A stretch of DNA of 64,000 bases from Chiloscyllium plagiosum (taxonomy: Eukaryota), in assembly GCF_004010195.1 (NCBI RefSeq), contig NC_057757.1, positions 7,276,610 to 7,340,609 on the forward strand, given 5' to 3'. Shown here in pieces: positions 13,340 to 25,184 of this stretch. Both the position numbers and the translations under genes were made by a program. Each line of letters starts with the position of its first letter. Positions within the stretch are counted from its first letter, which is position 1. Under the pieces are notes generated by a model. The model was not told where the DNA came from, ran no database searches, and saw nothing but the letters and a program-made list of their open reading frames with translations.

Positions 13340-14020
13340 TAAAGGCAGGATTCTTGGCAGTATGGAGTAACAGAGGGATCGTGGGGTCCATGCCCATAGA
13401 TCCCTCAAAGTTGCCACCCAAATTGAATAGGGTTGTTAAGAAGGCATATGGTGTTTTGGCTTTCATTAGCAGGGTGATTGAGTTTAAGAGCTGCGAGGTT
13501 ATGCTGTAACACTATAGAACTCTAGTTAGACCACACTTGGAATATTGTGTTCAGTTCTGGTTGCCTCATTATAGAAAGGATGTGGAAGATTTAAAAAGAG
13601 TACAGAGGAGATTTACCAGTATGCTGCCTGACTGGAGGGCATGTCTTATGAAGTAAGGTTGAGGGATATAGGACTTTCTTCAGTGGAGTTGGAAGGTTGA
13701 GAGGTGACTTGATAGAGGTGTACAAGATTATGAGAGGCATAGATAAAGTGACTTTTTCCCAGGGTGGAAACAGCTCTCATGAGAGGGTATAATTTTAAAG
13801 TGATTGGAAGAAGATTTAGGGGAGATGTCAGAGGTAGGTTCTTTACACAGAGAGTGGTGGGTGCAGGGAGACATTAGGGACATTTAAGCAACTCTTGGCT
13901 AGGCAGGCAGATGATATTAAACTGAAGGGTATGCAGGTTAGTTTGACCTTAGATGAGTAAAAAAGGTTGACAAAACATCGAGGGTAAAGAGCCTGTACTG
14001 TTCCGTGTTCTCTGTTTTAA
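13340..14020 (+). mobile_element. CR1 LINE 3' fragment in the GPCR intron (antisense to the gene)
   Basis: [32 protein letters not shown] remnants and a CR1-type 3' UTR. Confidence 0.85.
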
Positions 14021-14096
14021 ATCTATTAAAGAGGAATTTTAAGAGGTTAAATAATAAACAGTGATAATCATTGGCTTTGAATATTAATTACCCTCT

Positions 14097-17000
14097 TAGA
14101 GTCACAGAGGTGCACAGCACGGAAACAGACCCATCAGTCCAACTCAATCATGTCGACCAGATATCCCAATCTAAACCACCTGCCATTCATATCCCTCCAA
14201 ACGCTTCCTGTTCATATGCCCATCCAGATGCCTTTTAAATGTGGCAACCCTACTAGCCTCCACCACTTCCTCTGGCAGCTCATTCCAGACATGTACCACC
14301 CTCTGTGTGAAAAAGGTACCCCTTAGGTCTCTTTTATATCTTTCCCCTCTCACCCTAAACCTATGAGACTTTGTCTATCTATCCTATCCATGCCCCTCAT
14401 GATTTTATAAACCTCTATAAGGTTACCCTTCAGCTTCTGACATTCCAGGGAAAACAGCCCTAGCCTATTTAACCTCCTTATAGCTCAAGTCCTCCAACCC
14501 TGGCAATATCCTTGTAAATCTTTTCTGAACCCTTTCAAGTATCACAACATTCGTCCGATAGGAAAGAGACCAGAATTGCACACAGTATTCCAAAAGTGGC
14601 CTAACCAATGAGCTGTACAACCACAACATGACCTCCCACCTCTTTTGTACTCAATACTCTGACCAACAAAGGAAAGCATACCAAACGCCTTCTTCACTAT
14701 CCTATCTATCTGCGACTCCACTTCCAAGGACCTTGCACTCCAAAGTCTCTTTGTTCAGCAACTCTCCCTAGGACCTTACCATTAAATGTATAAGTCCTGC
14801 TAAGATTTGCTTTATATAAATGATGAAAATTAGTGGATTCAGCACTGATCCTTGTGGCACTTCACTGATCACAGACCTCCAGTCTGGCAAACAACCCTCC
14901 ACCACCACCCTCTGTCTTCTACCTTTGAGCCAGTTTTGTATCCAAATGGCCAGTTAGCCCTGTATTCCATGAGATCTAACCTTGCTAACCAGTTTCCCAT
15001 GGGGAAGCTTGTCGAATGCCTTACTGAAGTCCATATGGATCACATCATCTGCTCTGTCCTCATCAATCCTCTTTGTTACTTCTTCAAAAAACTCAATCAA
15101 GTTTGTGAGACATGATTTCCCACGCACGAAGCTATGCTGACTATCCCTAATCAGTCCTTGCCTTTCCAAATACCTGTACATCCTGTCCCTCAGGATTCCC
15201 TCCAATAACTTGCCCAGCACCGACATCAAGCTCACTGGTCTATAGTTCCCTGGCTTGTCCTTACCACCTTTCTTAAACAGTGGCACCACGTTAGCCAACC
15301 TCCAGTCTTCCAGCACCTCACCAGTGACTATCAATGTTCTAAATATCTCAGCAAGAGGCCTAGCAATCACTTCCCTAGCTTCCCGCAGAGTTCTAGGGTT
15401 CACCTGATCAGGTCCTGGGGATTTATCCACTTTCATGTGTTTCAAGACATCCAGCACTTCCTCCTCTGCAATATGGACATTTTTCAAGCTGTCACCATCT
15501 ACCTCCCTACATTCTATATCTTCCATGTCCTTTTCCACAGTAATACTGATGCAAAATACTCGTTTATTATCTCCCCCATCTCCTGTGGTTCCACACAAAG
15601 ACCGCCTGGCTGATCTTTGAGGGGCCCTATTCTCTCCCAAGTCATCCTTTTGTCCATAATGTATTTGTAAAAACCTTTTGGATTCTTCATAACTTTATTT
15701 GCTAATGCTACCTCATGTCCCCTTTTTGCCCTCCTGATTTCCCTCTTAAGTATACTCCTACTGCCTTTATACTCTTCTAAGGATTCATTCGATCTATCCT
15801 GTCTATACCTGACATATGCTTCCTTCTTTTTCTTAACCAAACCCTCAATTTCTTCAGTAATCCAGCATTCCCTATACCTACCAGCCTTTCCTTTCACCCT
15901 GACAGGAACGTGCTTTCTCTGGATTCTCGTTATCTCATTTTTGAAGACTTTCCATTTTCCAGCCGTCCCTCTATCTGTGAACATCTGCCTCCAATCAGCT
16001 TTTGAAATTTCTTGCCTAATACCGTCAAAATTAGCCAATTTAGAACTTCAACTTTTAGATCTGGTCTATCCTTTTCCATCACTATTTTGAAACTAATAGA
16101 ATTATGGTCTCTGGCCCCAAAGTACTCCCCAACTGACACCTGAGCCACCTGCCCTGCCTTATTTACCAAGAGTAGGTCGTGTTTTGCACATCCACACATT
16201 GCATCAGAAACCTTTCTTGTACACACTTAACAAATTCCTCTCCATCTAAACCCTTAACACTATGGCAGTCCCAATCTATGTTTGGAAAGTTAAAATCCCC
16301 TACCATAACCACTCTATTATTCTTACAAATAACTGAGATTTCCATACAAATCTGTTTCTCCATTTCCCTCTGATTATTAGGGGGTCTATAATACAACCCC
16401 AATAAGGTGATCATCCCTTATTTCTCAGTTCAACCCAAATAACTTCCCTGGATGTATTTCCCGGAATATCCTCCCTCAGTACACTTATAATGCTATCCCT
16501 TATCAAAAACGCCACTCTCCCTCCTCTCTTGCCTCCCTTTTTGTCCTTCCTGTAGCATTTGTATCCTGGAAGATTAAGCTGCCGGTCTTGTCCATCCCTG
16601 AGCCATGTTTCTGTAATTGCTATGATATCTCAGTCCCATGTTCCTAGCCATGCCCTGACTTCATCTGCCTCCCCTGTTTAATTTATCAGTCCTACGTTGT
16701 TCTCTGCTTTGTTCCTGCCTGCCCTGACTGTTTGACTCACTTCTCAACTGTACCAGTCTCAGATTGATCTCTTTCCTCATTGTCTCCCTGGATGCCACCC
16801 TCCATCACCTTAATCGTTTAAATCCTGCTGAGCAGCTCTAGCAAATCTCCCTGCCAGTATATAGTCCCCTTCCACTTCAGGTGCAATCTGTCCTTCTTGT
16901 ACTCCAGAAGAGATTCCAATGATCCAAAAATGTGAATCCTTCTCCCATACACCAGCTCCTCAGCCATGTATTCATCTGCTCTATCCGCCTATTTCGACCC

Positions 17001-17990
17001 TCACTAGCTTGCAGTGCCGGGCGTAATCCAGATATTACTACTCTCAAGGATCTCCTTTTTAATTATTGCCTAACTCTCCATATTCTCCCTTCAGAGTCTC
17101 ATCCTTTCCCCTTCCTATGTCATTGGTTCCTATGTCCTTCTGCTTGTCCCTCTCCCCCTTAAGAACATTCTGTACCCTCTCTGAGACAACTTTGATCCTG
17201 GCACCAGAGATGCAACACACCATTCTGATTTTTCGCTGCTGGCCACAGAAACACCTGTCTGTGCCTCAGATTAGAGAGTTCCCTCACACAATTGATCTCT
17301 TGGAACCCCACATACCCCTCATTGCATTAGAGCCAGTCTCGATACCAGAAACTTGGCTGTTCTTGCTACACTCCCCTGAGAATCCACACCCTCTACATTT
17401 TCCAATACAGCATGCCTGTTTGAAATGGGGATAGCCACAGAAGACTCCTGCACTACCTGCCCACCTCGCTTACCTTTCCTAGAGTTAACCCATCTACGTG
17501 ACTGTATCTGCAACTTTTTTCCCTTCCTATAACTGCCATCCATCAGATCCCCTTGGTCCTGTAAGTTGCTCATTGCCTCTAACTGTCTCTCCAACCGATC
17601 CATTCAATCTGAAGGGATTCGCAACAAATTGCATTTATTGCTGATATAATCCTCAGTAACACGTAAGCTCTCCCTAAACTCCCACATCCGACAAGAAGAG
17701 TATATCACTCTACTAAAGGCCATTTTTGCTTCTTCCAATATACAGACCCAGAAAGTAGCACTGTCTTATTCCTCTACAAAACACTGCTCCAGGCTAACTT
17801 AATACTTATAGCTTATATTTTTAACTTTAATCAAGAGATATATCTCATTAAAACACACAATCAAGAAAGAACCCACTCTACTCACTGCTGCAGACTTACT
17901 GTAAGGCCACACTTAAAAATGTTCACTTACCTGTTTCTGTGCTGTGACCTCTCCCAAACAGATTCTTCCAAAATTAGTTGTGAATTTCAT
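14097..17990 (-). mobile_element. Near-full-length decayed CR1 LINE in the GPCR intron (sense to the gene)
   Basis: In order: ORF1 (MDRLERQLEAM coiled coil and esterase remnant), APE (LGLYYRPPN, VGDFNFPNIDW), RT (KSPGPD, NYRPVSL, DFSKAFDK), then the 3' UTR. Has frameshifts and an internal deletion near 14815 that removes the FADD region. Confidence 0.9.
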
Positions 17991-18317
17991 TGTTTGTTAA
18001 TTTTCTGAAGCACTGCTGTCTAATATTCACTCTTGGCAAACTCTTTACTCAATTTATATAAAAGATCTTCAGGCAGCACAGAGGAAAATGGAAAATTGAT
18101 GGTGTCTTGCACAGAGGTGAGGGCATTATTTCTGTGATGGGCATCTGGAATCACCAATTTCAGTTCATCTAGTAGGACTGACAAATTATCCAGTCTCAAC
18201 TGGCAACAGCAGTATCTTGGCACTGCAAAGTGCTCTCACCATAAGGCATGGGCTTTGTCAGTTGTGAAGATTAAACTTACAGCTTTATAGCACAGATATC
18301 AGCTTTATAACAAAGAC

Positions 18318-18545
18318 TGCTCACCATCGACAAGGCACAAGTCAGGAGTGTGATGGAATATTCTCCACTTGCCTGGGTGAATGAAGCTCCAATAACACTC
18401 AAGAAGCTCAATACCACCCAGGGACAAAGCAGCCCACTTGACTGGCACATCCACAAACATCCACCCCCACCACAACCAGCAGCAGCTGTGTGTACCATTG
18501 ACAAGATACACTGCAGAAATTCACCAAGGCTCCTTAGACAGCATC
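18318..18545 (+). mobile_element. CR1/L2-clade LINE C-terminal fragment
   Basis: LTIDKAQVRSVMEYSPLAWVNEAPITLKKLNTTQ, resembling the post-RT region of these LINEs. Confidence 0.6.
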
Positions 18546-19496
18546 CGTCCATTAGTGAACCAGAGGGGGTTTTCCAACAATTGTCACGTTCAGTATCACT
18601 GATACTAGCTTTCAAATCAGATTTTATGAATTGAATTTTACATTGTGCCAGTTGCTTGGTGGGATTTGAACCCATGAGTCTGAGCCCGGATCACTAGTCC
18701 CAGTAACACTGCCACAATCTCTGAAAACTAAAACTGAACTTGCTCTACAAATACTGCAAAAACTATCAAAGCACAGCTTCAGATTCTGCCAGATCCGTAG
18801 GGTTGCTGCAATTTGTTCTGTTTTGACTCGGGATTCCAGTATTCACAGTGCTTTGTGTTCATCCTGCATTGGTACCCGGAGAAGGCTGGTAACAGGAGCA
18901 GATCATTTACACCTTCATGATGCTGTTTGGTTATTTCACAGTTCCAAGCAGCAGGTCCTTCAATGAGCAGGTTTCGAACAACCACGACCTTGGGACAAGA
19001 GGGGGCTCCCTGTGCAGCCAGTGTCTACTGTTAGTGCCTCAGGACAGTACTGGGAAGACACACAGGCAACACTGCACATTACAAAGGAGTGTCCCCTCCT
19101 TGAGAGCATGTGGCAGATTAATCACTGTGAGGGTGGCACAGTGACTCAGTGGTTAGCACTGCTGCTGTAGGGAATCTAATCTAATCTAATTGAAACTGAA
19201 CAAATGGGGAGGCTACAACTCGTTTTAGGAGATTTGCAAATTTTAACTGCTCGTAAGGGGTCTGAAGTTTACAAGGACTCAAGAGATGATACCCTACCTG
19301 CCATGAAATTGTATGTCTATATGCGATAATAGAATCAATTGAAGGGGAGAAATGATATTGGTGAAGGGCATTGATAAAAAGGACAGATTATAAAGCAAAG
19401 GGGGAAGAGTTTGCAAAATCGAGAGGGAGGAAATGAATAAGGAAAGGAGCAGAGCGATGCAATAAAAGAACAATAAATGATAATTAACTCTGTTAC

Positions 19497-19566
19497 CTGG
19501 AACTCCGATTGCTGCAAGGATAGGATAATAAAGCGCAAACAGCAGACCTTTAGGTGTACCATGCAT
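19497..19566 (-). CDS. Same GPCR: exon 1 (MHGTPKGLLFALYYPILAAIGVP)
   Basis: ATG at 19566 and donor CCAG|GTAACA at 19497/19496. Splicing restores the TM1 motif IGVPAN, and the phase matches exon 2. Confidence 0.85.
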
Positions 19567-19661
19567 TTTTCCACATGAGAAAGAGCATTCAGATCTTGAG
19601 ACATATATACCTGGTGCCAGCCTTAAGGGAGGCAATTAGCAGTGTTGATCTTTTATGTTCA

Positions 19662-19667
19662 TTTATA
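19662..19667 (-). promoter_or_regulatory. Candidate TATA box of the minus-strand GPCR
   Basis: TATAAA about 100 nt upstream of the ATG; positional evidence only. Confidence 0.35.
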
Positions 19668-19761
19668 ATCAGTGAAAGAAACACATGGAAGTTTTGTTTT
19701 GGTAAGCTGTCTTTAACTGAACCAGATATGTCTCAAAGGAAACAAAGCAGGACCTTGATTA

Positions 19762-20978
19762 TGTGTCTTCAGAAAAGCCACTGGAGACTGAAATAACTCC
19801 ACAAAGGCCAGTATCCTGTCACCAAGTCACCCTTTATTTCGACATGCATGGTACATGATGCTGACCCAGCTAGCTCAGAGCTGGCTCCTGAGGTGAACAG
19901 AGCCCCTGACACCGATAGAATCCCTACAATGTGGAAGCAGGCCATTCAGCCCATTGTGTGCACACTGACCCTCCAAGGAGCATCCCACCCAGACCTTACC
20001 CTTTCCCCGCAACCTTGCATTTCCCATGGCAATCCACCCAACCTGCAAATCTCTGGACACTACAGAGCAATTTAGCACTGACAATCTACCCGAGTTGCAC
20101 ATCTTTGGACTGTGGGAGGAAACCACAGCACCCAAAGGAAACCCACGCAGACACGGGGAACACGTGCAAACTCCACACAGTCACCCGAGGCTGGAATTGA
20201 ACTCGGGTCCCTGGCACTGTCATGGCCATAGTCATAGAGATAGGTAAAAACAAGGACTGCAGATGCTGGAAGCCAGAGTCTAGATTAGAGCGGTGCTGGA
20301 AAAGCACAGCAGGTCAGGCAGCATCCAAGGAGCAGGAAAATCGATGTTTCGAACAAAAGCCCTTCATCTGGAATAGTCATAGAGATGTACAGCACGGAAA
20401 CAGACCCTTCAGTCCAACCCATCCATGCCGACCAGATATCCCAAACCAATCTAGTCCCACCTGCCAGCACCTGGCCCATATCCCTCCAAACCCTTCCTAT
20501 TCATATACCCATCCAGATGCTTTTTAAATGTTGCAATTGTACCAGCCTCCACCACTTCCTCTGGCAGCTCATTCCATACGCGTACCACCCCCTGCATGAA
20601 AAAGTTGCCCCTTAGGTCTCTTTTATATCTTTCCCCTCTCACCCTAAACCCAAGACCTCTAGTTCTGGACTCCCCCACCCCACGGAAAAGACTTTGTCCA
20701 TTTACCCTACCTATGCCCCTCATGATTTTATAAACCTCTATAAGGTCAGCCCTCAGCCTCTGACGCTCCAGGGAAAACAGCCCCAGCCTATTCAACCTCT
20801 CCCTATAGCTCAACTCCAAGCAGTGCTACTGAGCCACTGTACTGCCCCACCGTCCCCTATATTACCTCCTGTGTATATCTGCCAGCCAGGACTCTCTGAT
20901 CAAACCATGTTAACAGCCCCAATCAGGGAACGCATATCCTATGAGCTCCACCTGGCTGACCTTGTTTCAATTACTGCA
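19762..20978 (-). repeat. Gypsy 3' LTR, interrupted at about 19912-20860 by nested SINE, CR1 and Penelope-like insertions
   Basis: 19870-19910 plus 20865-20978 align to 24860-25010. TG start follows the PPT, and AATAAA (minus) lies at 19833-19838. Confidence 0.75.
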
Positions 20979-22528
20979 TCCCTGCCCCTCTAACTCCAGG
21001 GACATAAGCCTGTTCCTTTTCCTATAGTTTCTCCTGGGATGTTTTTCCTCCGATTCTACCTCCGGTAGCAATGTAATGGACCATAGACTGCCTCCTGTGC
21101 CCGGAGCATCTCGCAAGAAATTCTTCTACTTCTTCAAGTGGTAACGACGTTGAGCTTAAGATATCTGCTGTGTCCATCTTGTCCTCAGACATTTTGTTCA
21201 TGTTAGGCAGAGGGGGATGAACCCATGGGTTCTGACAGCCTTGCTGGATGTTCTGAGGAGCTGGGTATGTTTCACTCCCGCCCCATTCGTGAGATGGCAG
21301 CTTTCAAGTGGTCCACATGCCTGTTCAGGACTGCCTCTTCTACCCGAACCTTGTACGTCACTGGACCTAACCCCGCACTGACCGTGCCTTGCAAGGGCAT
21401 TCTTGTGGCTTGGACACAAAACATCGTCCCCATAAATAAACTGCCTCTCTCGCTTAGAGCAGTCTTGTGCCTGGCATTGGCATTCCTGATGCCATTTCAC
21501 TCCCCCTACAGCCCACCCTCACCCCAGATCCGGGAAGATCAGGTTTAACCTGGTGCAGAGTCTTCTCCCCAATAGCAAATCTGCTGAAGCTGTCCCTGTA
21601 GTTGCGTAAAGAATAGTCCTATAATCAAACACAAACAGGGGCAGTTTGGTACTGAGTGAACCTGTAGGGTATTTCTTTAAGCCTGCTTTTAATGTTTGGC
21701 CTGCTCTTTTCACCAGACAATTGGATGATGGATAGTATTGATCTGTCCTTACATGCCGAATGCCAATTGACTTTTGGAAATACTCAAACTCCCTGCTGGT
21801 AAATGATGGCCTTTGTCTGTGACCAATGCATCCGGGAGTCTTGCAGATTTTCAATCATCGGGCTTCACAAATGAACTCTATGCACATTCAGTCGTTTTGA
21901 GTGGGTGTCCACAATGACTAAGAACATGGTGCCCATGAAAGGTTAGCGTGTAACCAACTCCCGGGTTTACCCAGCCATTCCCACGAGTATAGGGGGAGCT
22001 GCTGGCAGTAACTTCTGTCCTTGTTGGCAGTCTGGGCACTGCCCCACCAACGCAGCCATATTGGCATCCAATCCTGACCACTCGACATGACTTCTCGCCA
22101 ACATCTTCAGTTTGGAAACCCCTGGATGACCCTGGTGGAGCTCAGCCAGTATCTGGTGGGGACCCTCACGCAGGACAATCACTCCCACTCCCCATAATAA
22201 TACACCATCCTGGTCTTGCTGAATGGAGAAATGCTTCAGTTCTGGTTGTGATGGCCCCTTGTTTCCCCCATCACCACCAGCTGTTTCAGTTTTGCGGGGA
22301 CCAGATTTCTTTTCATCCAGAGTCAGATATTATCAGCAGTGTCCAGAAGTTTCAAACCAGAACAGATTCTCACAGTGACAGCACTCAGCATGGTGTGTCT
22401 GCCAGTGGGAAGTGGGTCAAGGTATCCATATTTGTCGAGAAAGTGAGGTCTGCAGATACTGGAGATCAGAGCTGAAAATGTGTTGCTGGAAAAGCGCAGC
22501 AGGTCAGGCAGCGTCCAGGGAACAGGAG

Positions 22529-22564
22529 AATCGACGTTTCGGGCATAAGCCCTTCTTCAGGATT
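22529..22564 (-). ncRNA. Minimal hammerhead motif (third family) in a short Penelope-like insertion within the Gypsy element
   Basis: AAUC-CUGAAGA-A-GGGC(UUAU)GCCC-GAAA-CGUC-GAUU; the insertion is flanked by a 7-bp atttgtc duplication. Confidence 0.6.
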
Positions 22565-24854
22565 TGTCACCTGGATGGGTTTGAACTTGTTATTATACTC
22601 ACTGAGAATAATAGCCCACCGCTGAATTTAACCTAAAGCTATGGGCAGCACAGCACTGTCCTCTTTAAGTAGCCAAAGCAGGGGGGTTTGTTGTACTATT
22701 ACAAATTTATGTCTGTAAAGGTATTGATGGAACTTTCTGACACCAAAGATGGCCACCAAACCTTCCCAGACACATTTTTGTTGGGTATCAGCCCAAGCCC
22801 AGGAAGCACATGCTATCAGGCATTCCTCACCACTGGGCCAACGTTGAGGCAACATTACCCCGATACTGTTCAGGGAGGCATCGCATGTCAGCACGCCATC
22901 TTGCTTGGGATTGTAGTGTGCCAACACCTTAGACAACAATCGCTGCTTCTTCACCTCTCTAAAGGCTGCATCTTGGCTATGAGACCATTTCCAAGGCTGG
23001 CCCTTTCTCAATAGCAGGTGTAAGGGTGCCAGGATGGAAGCCAGGTTACATTTCAATTTTTTGTAATCACCTGCCTAAGGAAAGGCCTAAGCTCCGGTAC
23101 AGATCTGGGAGCTGGGGCACCTTTGATCATCCTCATTTTATCTTCCAATGGGTGTAACCCAGTCTTGTCGACTCTCTAGTTCAGGTAGATCCCTTGGAGT
23201 GCCTGGAACACACATTTCTTTCCTCCTAAGAAATACACTGGCCATGGAGAAATGTTTAAGCACTAGTTCCCGAGTTGTCCAAATGCTTTTTATTGGTCTT
23301 CTCAGTTTTGATGACCTGGGATAGACCTTGAAGAATGTTCTCCATTATCCACTGGAAAATTGCACAGGCTGATGAAACCCCAAAAGGAACTCTCATGTAT
23401 TTAAATGGTTTAAATTGTAGCACACTTCGGGGAAATCCACATTAAATCACAATATCAGCCATATATGGCTCATGTCCAGCTTTGTGAAGGATAGCCTCAC
23501 CCTCTGCCAGCTTTGTGTATAAATCATCTATGTGAGGGATTATGTATTAATCCAGCTGTGAAATGCGGTTTACCAATTGTTTAAAATCCCCACAAAGGCG
23601 AATCCACCCATCAGACTTCACAATCAGTATGACCGGCACTGCCCATTCCACAAACTGCACTGGTTTAGTGATTCCTTCGCTTTCCAGCCTCCTGATCTCT
23701 GTCTCTACGTTTTCCCATGAGGCAAATGGCACTGGGTTGAACTTGCAGAATGGTGGGATTGCTTCCTGGTTACCATGCAAGGTGGCCTTGGCTCCTTCGA
23801 TAGACCCTGGACTTCCCTGAAAATTTTCCCAGTATTCAATTAGGACTTCACTCAGGTAGCCTTTTTCTAATTGAAAAATATTGAGGCAATCTTTCTCAAC
23901 CAATTTCGCCCCATCAGGCCTGGTCCCAAGCCTTTTATTACAGTCACTGGGAACTGAACCAGTTGTTTCTCATAAGGGACAGGAACTGAAGTTGTCTCCT
24001 TAGCCTGGCTGAGCTCTTATACAAACTTAAGAGATGGAGTCCAGAGGGAATTTTAGTAAAGACTGGTTCCACGACACTAATACAGCCGCACTGGTATTGA
24101 CCGCCATTAGACATGGGTGATCATTTATCTTGACTGGTTCTGATTAGTAATAATGCTAAGCAATATAACCGTTCCAAATCAGCTGTAGGTGGGCTTTCCA
24201 GGGTATGCACTCTCCTGGATGCCAGCCTGTGAGTTCTCTTACTCAATTCAAGGCTCGTGGGACTCTTTTGCCATCTTGAGTCCGCACCATCAGCAACTAC
24301 AATGGCTTGTGGCCTGGATCCTCCAGAAAATTTTAAGAGGCTTGGCCCTCTTTTGCCATGGGCTGACATCCTTTGCCATCCTTTGTTCAGGATATGTCCT
24401 GAGTCAGGCTCTGCAATTGCCTTCACTGAAGTGGTGTTTCCCCAAGTTTAATTGGACTGGCAAGGTTATCCACTTCCGTCAGAATACCCTGTGACTCATA
24501 AGCTCCACTTGTTGCATTTTCCAATGATAAAGCCAGTTGTTGGGCCTGTTTGAAGTCTGGTTGGGCTTCAGCTGGTAGGCACTTTTGCATGGTCACATCA
24601 TTAATCCCACGTACCAAATGGTCTCTCAGCTTCTCACTTAGAGTTAAATCAAAGTCACTGCCAGTCACCTTGACCTGGTCATATCTCCCGATATGGATTC
24701 CCTTGGTTCTTGAACTACTGAGTAAAACTGAATGCATCTCAGAATTAGAGGAGGCTTGGGATTGTAATATTCCTTAACTATATCCTTCATCCCTGGAAAG
24801 GTTTTAGTATCTGGCATGTCAGGGATAGTCAGGCTCCTAATAACTGAAAAAGCT

Positions 24855-25010
24855 GCATGACACAGAGCCAGCTCCTAGAGTGAGCAGAACCCCTGACACT
24901 CCTGTCTATATCTGTCAGCCAGGGCTCCCTGATTGGACCAGGTTAACAGCCCCAATCAGGGAACTCAGATTCTATGCTATCCAAATGACAGACCTCCTTC
25001 AGTCACTACA
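24855..25010 (-). repeat. Gypsy 5' LTR, 3'-truncated and fused directly into gag
   Basis: Begins TGTAGTGA on the minus strand and is homologous to the 3' LTR. U5, PBS and the gag start are absent. Confidence 0.75.
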
Positions 25011-25184
25011 GAAACCCTGTTAGGTATTTAGCATCAGTGAGGGTGAATATGAAACACGCAGACTGCCGCGGTTCATGAAGAGAGTTTCTCAGGACAGCTA
25101 GTGTTGTGTAATAAATGTTGGCCCAGCCAGCTACACCCACGTTCCACAAGGAAATTAAAACATACAGAGAGAGAGAGAGAGTGA

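Larger units (their letters stand above)
19762..25010 (-). mobile_element. Decayed Gypsy/Ty3 LTR retrotransposon (Mag/K02A2.6-like)
   Basis: In minus-strand order: gag (LRDHLVRGIND), protease-like VNTSAA, RT (WAVPVILIVKSDGWIRLCGDFK), RNase H (LTCDASLNSIG), integrase HHCC (LHQGHPG..CPDC) and core (FTSREF..YYPSSN). PPT gaggggcaggga at 20979-20990 and matching LTRs. Confidence 0.9.

Noticed and set aside
19294..19635. 113-aa hydrophobic ORF as a standalone membrane protein
   Set aside because: Only 19497-19566 is homologous to the GPCR; the rest is UTR and intron read-through.
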